A stretch of DNA of 41,767 nucleotides from Trichosphaerium sp. ATCC 40318 (GCA_038496445.1 JALMLS010000595.1:1-41767), one strand, 5' to 3'. Positions 12,213 through 23,357 are shown, numbered from the stretch's first letter. Numbers and translations are program-made. The notes: generated by a model not told the origin, from the letters alone.

Positions 12213-13175
12213 ATGACATCCAAAACACCAAAATACAATGTACGGTATAAACGACGTCACACTACGACTAACAACAACAAAAACTAGTTACCATCCGAGG
12301 AATGTCTTGTATTGTGTCTTCCGTTGGAACTACATTGTGAAATCATTGATTTAAGCTTTGAAGTTTATCAAAAGTGGTCGTTGTTATCAAAATACACAGC
12401 AACAACAACAAGGTTTGACAACGAGTTAAATAAACATGGGAAATGGATAAAAAAAAGAGATAAACTGCTAACTGTTTTATTTCACGTGCATTTCAAAAAC
12501 GGTTTACGTCATGGATATTCGAAGAGTTGGTATGATGACGGCCAAGTATCATCTCAAGTACAGTTCGTGAATGGTAAAGAACAAGGAGAGTTTAAGAAGT
12601 TCTATCCTAGTGGTACATTGAGGCAATGTTTCAATTACATAGATGGTAAAAAAGACAAAGAGTTTAAGCAGTTCTATAGGAATGGTCAAGTATCTACGCA
12701 CCGTAATTATTCCAATGGAGTACTAGAAGGAGAGTACAAAGAGTGGTATACTGATGGTAAAATGAAGATGAAGGTATTTTATGTCAACGGTAAAAGAGAA
12801 GGAGTGAGCAAGCGTTGGTATGAAAATGGCCAATTGAGAGCTCACTACAATTATGTGAATGGTAAAGAAGAAGGAGAGTGTAAGTACTGGTATGAGAATG
12901 GCCAACTGAGAGATCAGTACAATGCTGTAAATGGTAAACATGAAGGTGAGTGTAAGCGGTGGTATAACAATGGGCGATTGTGGAGTAATACATACTACAA
13001 AAATGGTACTATTGAAGGAGAAGCCAAGGAGTGGTATCAAAATGGACGAACAAAGAAAATAGTTTATTATGAGAATGGCAAATATAATGGCACTTTTAAG
13101 AGGTATGACTTACGGGGCAACTTGACTTTACAGTGTAGATATGTAAATGGTTTGAGAACGAAAAAAAATAGCTAA
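12213..13175 (+). CDS. F-box-like + MORN-variant repeat protein (2 exons: 12213-12239, 12288-13175)
   Basis: MTSKTPKYN, then a 48-nt GT-AG intron with an ACTAAC branch point, then LPSEECLVLCLPLELHCEII and 24-aa repeats (G..K.WY.NGQL.....Y.NGK.E). The intron position is conserved in the paralogue at 35145-35890. Confidence 0.85.
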
Positions 13176-14284
13176 AACTAAATAAAAAAGGTTGATAGTT
13201 TGAACACTGACACCAGATGCTGCACCGTATAATAAGGTATTCACTGCTTAATCTTCTTCAAGTCGAACATGCAAAGTTTCACACTAATGAATCGTAGACA
13301 GACACTGCGTGATAATTCAATATGAAACCAGCACACGTGTTTTTTAACAACACTTGTCTTAAATAGCTCACACTGAGTCTTTACAGGTCATTAACCCTAT
13401 TACTGCTAAAGGTTGGCTACCATGAGATGTTATCTTCATCAAACCTGTACTAAGTGTCCAAAATGTTGAGATCCGAGTAAAGTGTTGTCCGTTTTATATT
13501 ATCCGTCTCATTTTCGTCTTACTATTTTCTAGCAAGTGAGTTTCTAGCACTTTTAGCAGATCTAGCAAGAATTGACACTTGTCAAATGGTGTAGATCTAC
13601 TATCACCATGTGAACTATCTGCATTACTATATTGTTTCATAGTATGACTTGCGTACCTTTAAGGCTAACAAAAATGTGTATGTCAGTTTCAACAGACCCC
13701 GTAAGATTGCAGTATTTTACCTACGCAAACTGTACACGGTACGAGCCCACAAGAGTGCTCAATGAGGTAAAAGCGAATTAACAAGGTATGATGCCCTACA
13801 AAGCTATTGCATTACGGCCAAACACGATATGAATGGCCTCAAACACCGTTTGCTGTTTGTTTTGCAACAAAAATTCAACGTAAGTGTATAACTTACTAGC
13901 GCTACACTGGCGCCTACCCCACGCTAACAAAAGTGCTACGGCAGCACCCAAACAGCAAGTCAGGTGTAGCAATATTAAACCCTCCCAAAGTGCCACTAGC
14001 GTTGCTGTAGGCTTTGTAAACGCCGCCAGGTGTCAAATATTTGTATTAAAAAATTTTGCAATGGGTTTGTTAAATCACGGTTTCCACGTGGGTTTGAACT
14101 GTTGGATTCACTCGACAGGCGGGAGGCTAGATTATTTGAAAAAAGATCTATCGGAACTGTCAATCCGTCAGATAATGGATAGACAATGTTAAGGTTTTCT
14201 TTGGGAAATGGTAAACGACTTTCTTTAGTTCACAGCATATTCTAGAAAATAAGAAGCTACTCTTGAAAGTAATATGATAAAGGT

Positions 14285-14364
14285 TGTCACGATATTTGAC
14301 ATGTACTTATATAGAATAAAACACACTTAACTACAACTCGTACCTCGCACCTTTTCTCGTAACA
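14285..14364 (+). repeat. 5' LTR (80 bp)
   Basis: tgtcacgatatttgac...cttttctcgtaaca, identical to 20945-21024. Contains TATATA and AATAAA. Confidence 0.95.
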
Positions 14365-14369
14365 TAATT

Positions 14370-14386
14370 TGGCGACTTGAAAGGAT
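14370..14386 (+). other. Primer-binding site (TGGCGAC..., tRNA-Arg/Ser-like)
   Basis: TGG (complement of CCA) lies 5 nt after the LTR. The primer tRNA cannot be fixed without the host tRNA set. Confidence 0.65.
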
Positions 14387-14516
14387 ATTTGAACCATAAA
14401 TATAGCGATTGTTAAGTATAAACAAAAAACTTACAAATTGGGGGCAAACGCTTTAAAACACGTGTTAAAGCTCTCCTACAACAACAGAAATCGACTCGCT
14501 TTCAGTAGTAAGTCGT

Positions 14517-14832
14517 GGGGCAGTACATCTCCTTAATACCTGTACAAACAAACGGTACGCGCGTCTAACGCAGTACCGGGGGCAGTACATCTCCTTAAGA
14601 CCTGTACACAAATTTAATTGAGAGACACCTTTGACTTGGGTGTTTCCAAACGGTACGTGCTCTAAACGCACTACTGGGGGCAGTACATCTCCATAAAACC
14701 TGTACACAAAATTAATTGGTAGGTACCTTTGACTTGGGTACCTCCAGGGGCAGTACATCTCCATAAAATCTGTACATAATCGGTACGTCAAAAGACAACG
14801 CCGGGGGCAGTACATCTCCTTAAAATCTGTAC
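14517..14832 (+). repeat. Five 29-nt repeats GGGGCAGTACATCTCCwTAAnAyCTGTAC separated by hairpin-forming spacers (retroelement 5' leader)
   Basis: Copies start at 14517, 14579, 14677, 14747 and 14804. Spacers are 33, 69, 41 and 28 nt. Confidence 0.9.
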
Positions 14833-14983
14833 TTCTGAAAACGAACGCTTTCACACGGACAAAAAGTTTAGACGGCAAACGTCCTTCTGTGCGCAGGTAT
14901 CTAAAGCGCACCACGAAAGCTACGTACCACTACAAAACATAAAAATTGCTTTTGTAAGAAACATTATTTGATCACGATTAGTC

Positions 14984-16801
14984 ATGTCAAATAATTCGAA
15001 TGACCAGATGATGCAAATCCTGTTAAACCTTCAGTCACAGATGCAACAGACTCAAAATGAGATGCAGCGACAGGGTCAGGTTATAGCAAACCTATCACAA
15101 CGGGATCAGCCATCTACGAAGTCTCCTACTATTGCTGCGACGACTTCACCTTACCGACAACCATCGAGTTTTCTATACGCTACACCTCACATTATGGCAC
15201 AGCGACAACATCAGAGACAGATGCAGTATCTGTCTACACAACCTCAGATGACTCCCTTTTTGCCGAGAACACAGATGTCATATCAACCGACTGGTCAACA
15301 ATTACAGTCTGTACCACGAACCACAACTGTACAGCAGCCGATGTCAAGGCCTCCAGCAACTCCGTTTGTTTCCAGAACAGCCACTGTCACCACAAAGACA
15401 GTGAAGAAGAAGAATTTTCCAAAGAAGAAGAAGGACGTTCCAAAAGAAAAGAATGTTGCAACAAAAAGAATAAAAAGAAGGTTTATTCTACCAACAAAGA
15501 TTCCTGTGGAGACAGGACAAGTTACAAAACTTTGGAACAACGCTTTGGCTGAATCTAAGAAGAATATTCAACCAGCTATATTGGACAGTCAAGCTACGAA
15601 GGAACAGATTGCTGATCGTGATAAAACTTATAAGCAAAATCAACATGATTATGCTGTTCAGTATTTTGGTAATCTCTGTGTTGCTTATGCTAGAGAGAAA
15701 GCACAGACAGAGTTAGACAAGTTCTTTGCTAGAGAAGGTAAAGAAGAAGAATCAATTAGTGATTCAGAAAGCGAGACAGACGAAGATGACGAGGATGACG
15801 ACGATGATTCATTCGACTTCACAGAAATTCGCAAAGCCTTACCTGAAGATCCTAAAGTGACACCAAGTTCTTTACCACAACCAAACTTTGGTACTAATCC
15901 TATTATTCCTCAAGCACAGCCTTACATGATGCCGCAATACCAAGTTCCAATGCCAGGTTATCCGAATATTATCACCAACAACGCAAGTGATAATGAAATT
16001 TTCTTTTATGGAAAACCAGGTGAAAATGTCTTGAGATGGATTGCTGATATATCTGCTGTTGCTACACGTAGTCCTACGACTGTCCAGATGTTTATTGGAC
16101 TTATCGAAAAGAACCTGAAGGGTTTTGCAAAAGATTATTACAAAGATCAATTCCCTGGTGGTGCGGTCGAAGGACAAGAGAATGAAGTTTTTGAGAAACT
16201 TCAAAATTATTTTTCTTCTGAAGTAACAAGAGAAGGACTTCGACATGCATTCAAGAGCTACGTTCAAGATCAACTACCAGTATTGCAATACGCAGCTAGA
16301 AAAGGAAGAAAAGCTAACGATGCTGGCTATCATATCAACCACCAGACGCGTATCAAATATTTTATTAAAGGACTCAATCCTGAGATACAAGAACATCTGA
16401 GGAAAGAACGATACAAGTGGGAAGATTGGTCCGAATGTGTTACTAGAGCACATCACATTGAAGCGGCTATTAATGATACTAAGAAAGCTGTTGGAGATAA
16501 GAAGAAAGATAAGAAACCAAAGCCTAAGCCGAAACCAAAGACGAAGACCAGCGAAGAACAAACCGACAAAACAAAAGCCGATTGGTCTGATCCAAATGTA
16601 CAACCAAATCCTAGAACACATTGGTGTGTACATCACAAGAAATGGAGTTATCATACCTCCTACAAATGCGAATTGAATCCGAAGGTCATAGCCAGGAAGA
16701 AAAGACGAGCTGAACGAAAGAAGAAAGCTGAAGAAGAGAAAGATGTCACAGTTGCTTCCATCAAGACCGAAGAATCAGGTGAAGATTCGGGAAACGAGTA
16801 A
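14984..16801 (+). CDS. gag: Retrotransposon Gag
   Basis: 605-aa ORF after the leader. It has a capsid-like region (FYGKPGENVLRWI...NLKGFAKDYY...FIKGLNPEIQ) and a basic C-terminus with a Cys/His cluster. Confidence 0.9.
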   Translation: MSNNSNDQMMQILLNLQSQMQQTQNEMQRQGQVIANLSQRDQPSTKSPTIAATTSPYRQPSSFLYATPHIMAQRQHQRQMQYLSTQPQMTPFLPRTQMSYQPTGQQLQSVPRTTTVQQPMSRPPATPFVSRTATVTTKTVKKKNFPKKKKDVPKEKNVATKRIKRRFILPTKIPVETGQVTKLWNNALAESKKNIQPAILDSQATKEQIADRDKTYKQNQHDYAVQYFGNLCVAYAREKAQTELDKFFAREGKEEESISDSESETDEDDEDDDDDSFDFTEIRKALPEDPKVTPSSLPQPNFGTNPIIPQAQPYMMPQYQVPMPGYPNIITNNASDNEIFFYGKPGENVLRWIADISAVATRSPTTVQMFIGLIEKNLKGFAKDYYKDQFPGGAVEGQENEVFEKLQNYFSSEVTREGLRHAFKSYVQDQLPVLQYAARKGRKANDAGYHINHQTRIKYFIKGLNPEIQEHLRKERYKWEDWSECVTRAHHIEAAINDTKKAVGDKKKDKKPKPKPKPKTKTSEEQTDKTKADWSDPNVQPNPRTHWCVHHKKWSYHTSYKCELNPKVIARKKRRAERKKKAEEEKDVTVASIKTEESGEDSGNE

Positions 16802-16853
16802 AAGACATTGCATTTGGCTCAAGCAATGTCACTCGTGAACATACTCCAGAGCC
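16789..16853 (+). promoter_or_regulatory. -1 programmed ribosomal frameshift signal
   Basis: Slippery G GGA AAC (16789-16795) in the gag frame, an 8-nt spacer, then stem GACATTGC/GCAATGTC (16804-16830). Loop GGCTC can pair with GAGCC (16849-16853). The -1 frame is open into pol. Confidence 0.85.
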
Positions 16854-19800
16854 TTTTGGAGATGTAACAACACACAATAAAGAAGTTAGATCAAAACGTG
16901 TTGTCAATTCTCCAAGCCCTCCTTCTTACGTCCTGGCCCATATAAACCAAGCTCCTATAGTGTCATATTTGGATGGTGGATGCGATAAATCTATCATTCA
17001 CTCCTCTTTTCTTAACAACTTACCAGAAGTAGAAGTACTATCAACTACAGCGCAAGCTAGTACTTTGAATTCGAACAAATTCAAGCTGGATGGTATTGTT
17101 TCCGTTTCTCTTTCCTTTGGAAATCAAGAACAAAGATTAGTAGAATTATACGTGACATCAGATATGGAAGAAGTCTTGGTTATTGGACGTGACCTACAAG
17201 AAAGATTTAATATGAGTGTCAACTATGCTAAAAGAACAGTTACATTTGCAGATGATTCAACTATTCCAATTATCAACCGATCCAATAAAGAAGGAGAAGT
17301 TCGTCTCCTATACTCAAGAGATCAGATACAGATATATCCGAAAGAGACAGTGATTTTGACTATGAAGTTTCGTAGTCAGTTACCAGATGGAACAGTTGGA
17401 ATAGTCACACCGGTTGGCCCGATATGGAAAAGAACTAGATTAGTTACTGGACCTATTATATCTGTCATTAATAATGGTCATTGTGTTATGCAAATAACCA
17501 ACTTGTCTGAAAAGACAATAAACATTCAACCAGGTCAACGACTTGGTAAATTTCAAACTCAGAAGTCTAAAATGCTGGTTAGAGGATTAAGAACAATCGA
17601 ACAGATTAACGCATATAAAGCAACTCAAGCAGAGCTAGATTTGGTGGAAGAATACTTTGGTGAGCAACTTAAGGAATGTGCTATCAAAGACGAAGAAGAA
17701 CTTCATACTATTCGCAACCTATTGGCTACGCATTTGAAGTCGTTTGATATAGCCTTAAACAAACCTCCTAAAACGGCCGTACGCATGCATATTAATACTG
17801 GTGACTCACAACCAGTTGCCACAACTCCACGACGTTTTCCTAAACGTTATGTTGAGTTTATAAGGAAATTTATAAAAGATTATTTGAAGACTGGACTTAT
17901 CAGGCCTTCTACAAGCCCCTGGGCTTCACCTATAGTCATCGCTCCAAAGAAAGATGGTACATTGCGATTCTGTATCGATTATCGTGGACTGAACGCAATC
18001 ACTAAGAGAGATGTCTATCCAATTCCCAACATTGATGATGCTTTTGATGCATTGGTTGGAAGTCATTACTTTTCAGTAATGGATGCTTTGTCTGGGTTTC
18101 ACCAACTACAGATGGATGAAGCATCGATTGAAAAGACAGCGTTTGTAGACCAATCTGGTCTATATGAGTGGACTGCAATGCCTTTTGGATTAACGAATGC
18201 ACCTGCTACTTGGCAACGCTATATGAACTTAGTCTTAGCAGGTCTCACCTGGCAGATCTGTTTAGTATATATTGATGATATCATTGTATACTCTAAAGAC
18301 TTCAAAACACATATTCAGAGATTAGACACCGTTTTAACGCAACTGGAGAAATTCAACGTTAAACTTAAACCAAAGAAATGCAAGTTCTTCATGAAGGAAC
18401 TTAATTACTTAGGGCATGTAGTTACTAACAACGGAAGAAAACCTGATCCTGCAAAAATTGAGGCTATAGCTAGAATGCCTCCTCCTAGTGGAAAAAATCG
18501 ATTAAAACAACTCCAAAGATTCTTGGCGATGATCAAGTATTATGGATGTTACGTTAATAATCTAGCTAAAAGATCATATCATTTACGCATTTTAACTCAT
18601 AAGAATGCTGAATGGGTATGGAGAAAAGAGCAACAAGATGCCTTTGAAGACCTTAGAAAGTGTTTAGTAATGGAACCTATTGTATTGGCTTATCCAGATT
18701 TCGATAAAGAATTCGAACTCCACACTGATGCTTCAGATGAGGGTCTTTGTGCAATCTTAACGCAAAGAGATGATGATGGTAAAGAGAGAGTTGTATCTTA
18801 TTATTCTCGATCGCTCAACAAGGCTGAACGAAACTATTCAGCTTCCGTGAAGGAAGCGCTGGCGGTGGTGGCTGGTGTTAGAAAATTTAGACCTTATTTA
18901 TTATCTAAACATTTCACAATCTGGACAGATCATCAAGCTTTGGTTTGGTTCTACCGACACCAAAACCCTGATGGAAAAATGATTAGATGGTCTATATTCC
19001 TCTCAGCATATGATTATACTATCAAACATAGACCTGGTGTAAAAAACGCTAACGCAGATACTGGGTCTCGGTCTCCTGTTATTTCTATCGAAGATGCTCC
19101 AAAGAAAGAATTTGAAGTCAACGAAATCTATACTCCTGTTATTCAAGCTAGAGGAGTTTCGATCTTTCCTGGGCATGTGGTACATAGGAAACCAGTTCCA
19201 GAACCATTACTTCGATTATATTATTTACAAAGACAAGACGCTTTTATGAACAAACAAATAATGTATTTACAATCTCCCGATGTATTCAAGTATTACAAAG
19301 ATGTAGAACGTTTAACTAGAAGCACGAAAGATCTTTGTCTTGACGATTATGGTATACTTTGCAGGAAGTGGATACCTCCAAAGTCTCAACGATCCGATAA
19401 AACCGAAAGAATCCAAACAGTTGTTCCTACACAGATGAGATTGGAACTACTTAGGTTAAACCATGATATCCCTACCTCAGGACATCTGGCAGTTAAACGT
19501 ACTTATCTTAAACTTATGGATAAGTACTGGTGGCCTAACATATGGTTGGATGTTAATCAATATGTTAAAGGATGTACACAATGTCAGACTAAGAAAATCG
19601 ATCGGTGAAAGAAGTTAGGTGGACCAATGGGAACAGTTACTTCAAGATGTCCGATAGATGTTATTGCCGCGGATTTAATCACAAAGTTACCGCGTACCAG
19701 AAACGACAACGTTTGCATTTTGGTGGTTATGGATTACTTCACCAGATATGCTAAGTCTATTCCACTTCCAAACAAAAGGGCATCAACAATTGCACGTGCA

Positions 19801-20916
19801 ATTTATGATGAATTTATATTAGAACATGGAACACCTAACATATTTCTCTCTGATCAAGGTGGTGAATTTAAAAATGTACTTAAGGAACTTATGAAGTTAT
19901 TAAATGTCGACCAACGCCAAACCACAGCATATAGACCTCAAACGGATGGATTGGTTGAAAGATTTAATGCTACCTTAGTTAACATGATAAAGATGTATTG
20001 CAATGACAACCAGACAGATTGGGATGAATATGTAAGACCTTGCACATTCGCTTATAACACATCAGTTCATGAAGAATTAAAAGAAACACCTTATTTCCTT
20101 ATGCATGGTAGAAGAGCAGTATCGTCTTGGGATCAGGCTTTAGGACGAGTATCTACCAAATCAAAAGATAAATATATTAAAAACATTGCAAAAGTGATAA
20201 AGAAAACACATGAAACGTCAGCTATGCTTAGACAGAAAGCATATCAGAGACAGAAGAAACGGTATGATGAGAAGCATCGTACCAAGACATTTTCTGTTGG
20301 ACAAAAAGTTTATTTACGCGTTAACAAGAAACGTGATGTACCATGGGGTAAATCACGAAAGCTTTTTAAGAACTATTCCGGAGTATATTATATTGCTGAA
20401 GTTAAAGGACACCATAACTACCGTATTGGAGTCATGAATAAGGATGGTACTAAAGGACCTATCATCCCAGATGTCTATAACGTTGATCGACTCAAGGAGC
20501 ACAATGAACAAATTTCCGGCGATACAGATAAATTAGTTCAAATAGTAGAAGCTATACCTGTTCTTTCTCCTGCAGAGAAAGCATATGCTAAAGAACAGAG
20601 AGAAAAAATTACAACGAAGGATAGTAATCTTACTATCACTAAGAAAGTAAGCCCTTTTAAAGATGCTTTATTAGAAGTATACAATGCTGTTTCACAACGC
20701 TCTGAAGCGGGTTCAATCACAAAAAAGGTCTTACAGGTTTACAAAAATACACTACATGATCTTATCGCTGGCGATCTTTCCATGTTTGTTACGAGAAATT
20801 CCAGAAGAAATTATTTCAAAGGACAGTTGAAGAATGTTACCACAGTGAAAAAATTTCTGGATTACATGGACTCACTCATTTCCAATTTCGAGACTATCTT
20901 TAAGTCTGAACTATAA
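16789..20916 (+). CDS. pol: Retrotransposon Pol (PR, dUTPase-like insert, RT, RNase H, integrase) with one in-frame TGA at 19606-19608
   Basis: YLDGG protease, SPWASP/RFCIDYR/MPFGL/YIDD RT, TDAS..KEALA..TDH RNase H, HHCC zinc finger and DDE core (ADL..SDQGGEF..GLVER). The two track ORFs (16960-19608 and 19627-20916) are in the same frame. Confidence 0.93.
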
Positions 20917-20935
20917 CTATGTATGGGTTCAGTTT

Positions 20936-20944
20936 GGAGGGGTA
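20936..20944 (+). other. Polypurine tract
   Basis: GGAGGGGTA immediately before the 3' LTR. Confidence 0.7.
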
Positions 20945-21024
20945 TGTCACGATATTTGACATGTACTTATATAGAATAAAACACACTTAACTACAACTCG
21001 TACCTCGCACCTTTTCTCGTAACA
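20945..21024 (+). repeat. 3' LTR (80 bp)
   Basis: Identical to the 5' LTR and followed by the TSD AAGGT. Confidence 0.95.
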
Positions 21025-23357
21025 AAGGTGACCTTGGCACTACTTTTTCTATGTATTTATACGAGCGAAAGCACGTGCTCAGTCGTTTCGAGGTGTTTTT
21101 GGGAAAATACGACCTACACGCTTCATAATGATACAGATAACGATTCATGCGAAATGGGTATGTTATAATAAATGGGTAAATGACTTTTACTTACCAAAAG
21201 TTTTTTACGGATTTAGGCTACAATCCCCTCAAACTGGACAGTATTATGGAAACATCAGTCATGACATTATTTCCCGTACGTCGCGTAACATCTTTTGAAG
21301 CGACTTGGATTTTTCTTCAAATCACGTGGTTTTTAAAAAGTTGTTTAGCCGTTACGTTTGAATATAACCAGTTCAAACGGTACTGCTTTTTTTTGGTATG
21401 ACAACTCACTTGTAAGTCCCATGGCTATGTATAGAGCGTATCCTATAAGTTTCATTGATGATAGCAACTGTTCTACACTTGTAGGAGGCGTGAGTGCTTT
21501 TTTTTCTGTAGCGTGAGATGGTGTTTTATTGATCGCTTTTACATAGTTCATTGCAAATACTTGCACCTCAGAACATTTTGTTTGTGAAGCACCTTCGGAC
21601 ACTGTCCCTTTTGTATCTACACCTTGTTTTAATCCAATACCAAGTGTATGTGAGTACAGGAGCTCTGTTTCAGGTATGTAGAAAATGAATCAAGAAATAT
21701 TTTGTCTGATACAAAATTTCTTTAATTGATGTTTAGATTCTTGCTACAATCCTGTTTCAACACGTCGTACATGGCCTCAAGCACAAGGTACATAAAAAAA
21801 TTATCGCATTTATAAACAAATACAAGTTCTATTAGAACAGTACAATAACTTTTACAATAGCGCATTGTTTACAACAAGGTGGATATCTTGTTACAACCAC
21901 CAACGATGATGAGTTGGATTTTATTTCTGGTTTGATACCACCAGGTGTACAAAACTGTACATGGACTGGATTGACAAGTGGATATAGAAACGATCACTTT
22001 GACTTTCAATGGGTACTCCCACAAACTATTAAGTCTTAAGGGGCACGTGCCCCTTAAATCACAAGTCAATTTAATCCAAAATACACTTAGGCAGTAACAA
22101 ATGAACCACGTGATTTTGGTGATGTATTTAAGGAACACCCTTGGAGTCCAGTTGAGCCAAATGATCATACAATTGATGGCGGTATCAAAGAAAATTGTAT
22201 TATTATGTGCAATAGTAGGCCAAGTATATGGGCTGATGTACATTGCTATCGGGGCGAGTTCTTTATTTGCGAGATTGAAATACCCAAGGGTATGCTGAGA
22301 TAAGTGATTTGTCCGTCAGTAACTGGTTTTTTGTAGGGTCTTTTATACCTACTAACAGTGTAGTTGTAATAGACTCGGATCTTATTATTGATGGTAAGTT
22401 ATTTCATGTTTACACTCACACTGATTCTTTTCAAGGTTTGGCACTGTTCAGCAACACAACACTTCAATTAAGAAAAACCAATACAATATTTAATGTGAGT
22501 TCATGTATCATTGGGGAGTTTAACATTGATACAACATCTGTTGAGGTACCACACCTGAATTAATTGTCACGTGATCAAATTAATCGCTCAATATATTTAT
22601 AGGCAGCTGCAATACAGATATCACAACTAAAAGGATGTGACGAAGTTGATCCAATGGTTTTCTTGGGCAGAAATCAGTGTCTTGAGCAAACTAGATCATC
22701 TACATCACTGTTGAGCACTCTCAATGTAGCAGTTTTAAAATGTAACAGCCATAAGCTTACTCTGTGCGCTGCATTACTTCTCATCATAGCTTTTTTGGTA
22801 TTTTAGGAATAAAAAACTATTCTCAAAGAACCCATGTACAAGTTAGCAGAAATATGAACTGAGAATGTTCAGCTCTGGAGGTTATGTGTCAATGAAAACT
22901 GATTAACAGTATCAACATCATCAGTGCAATAAATGAGTTACAAAGAAAGAATGTGTAGTCCATTGCAGTCACTCGAACAGCAGAAAAAAATTGTACTAAC
23001 AAAATTAAATTCCTCAGCTCTTCATCACGTTAAAAGACAGTCGGCAGTTTAACGCTTGTTCCCCATTGGCGTTGGCAAACAACACAATACACAAGTATAG
23101 TCTACTAAAACCAATAACATAATTATCTAGTCAATGCAGTAGAAGATTGTGAGTCCCCCATAACATGTTCAAATTCAAAAAAAAAAAGCAGAAAAAAGAA
23201 GGAAAAAACTGATTACAATTCTACAACCTTATTTCTTCTTTATTACCAACCCCTCTTCATACAACATATCTAATATAACCCTATTTCTTTCAATAAGGGA
23301 TACAAATACAAAATAAAAAAAGTACAAGGGTTCTGTAATAACATAAAAAAAACCAGA

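Larger units (their letters stand above)
14285..21024 (+). mobile_element. Ty3/Gypsy LTR retrotransposon, full length and recent
   Basis: Identical TG...CA LTRs, 5-bp TSD AAGGT (14280-14284 and 21025-21029), PBS, PPT, gag, and PR-RT-RH-INT domain order. Confidence 0.97.
14274..22806 (+). pseudogene. Lectin-family copy 6, disrupted in codon 4 by the LTR retrotransposon
   Basis: Removing the element and one TSD restores ATG ATA AAG GTG ACC TTG = MIKVTLALLFLCIYTSESTCSVVSRCFWENTTY. Ligand exon AVTNEPRDFGDVFKEHPWSPVEPNDHTIDGGIKENC..WADVHC..FICE. Stop TAG at 22804-22806. Confidence 0.85.

Noticed and set aside
14517-14832. CRISPR array (29-nt repeats with spacers)
   Set aside because: Spacers are uneven (28-69 nt) and related to one another. 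There are no cas genes, and the array sits in a eukaryotic retrotransposon leader.
14465-14914. 149-aa antisense ORF with EMYCP repeats
   Set aside because: By-product of the nucleotide repeats, with no independent coding signature.
14517-14920. Hammerhead, twister or HDV-like ribozyme in the leader
   Set aside because: No CUGAnGA/GAAA core and no twister or HDV conserved core recognised by eye. A novel catalytic motif is not excluded.
15295-20720. Short antisense and alternative-frame ORFs inside gag/pol
   Set aside because: Shadow ORFs of the main reading frames.
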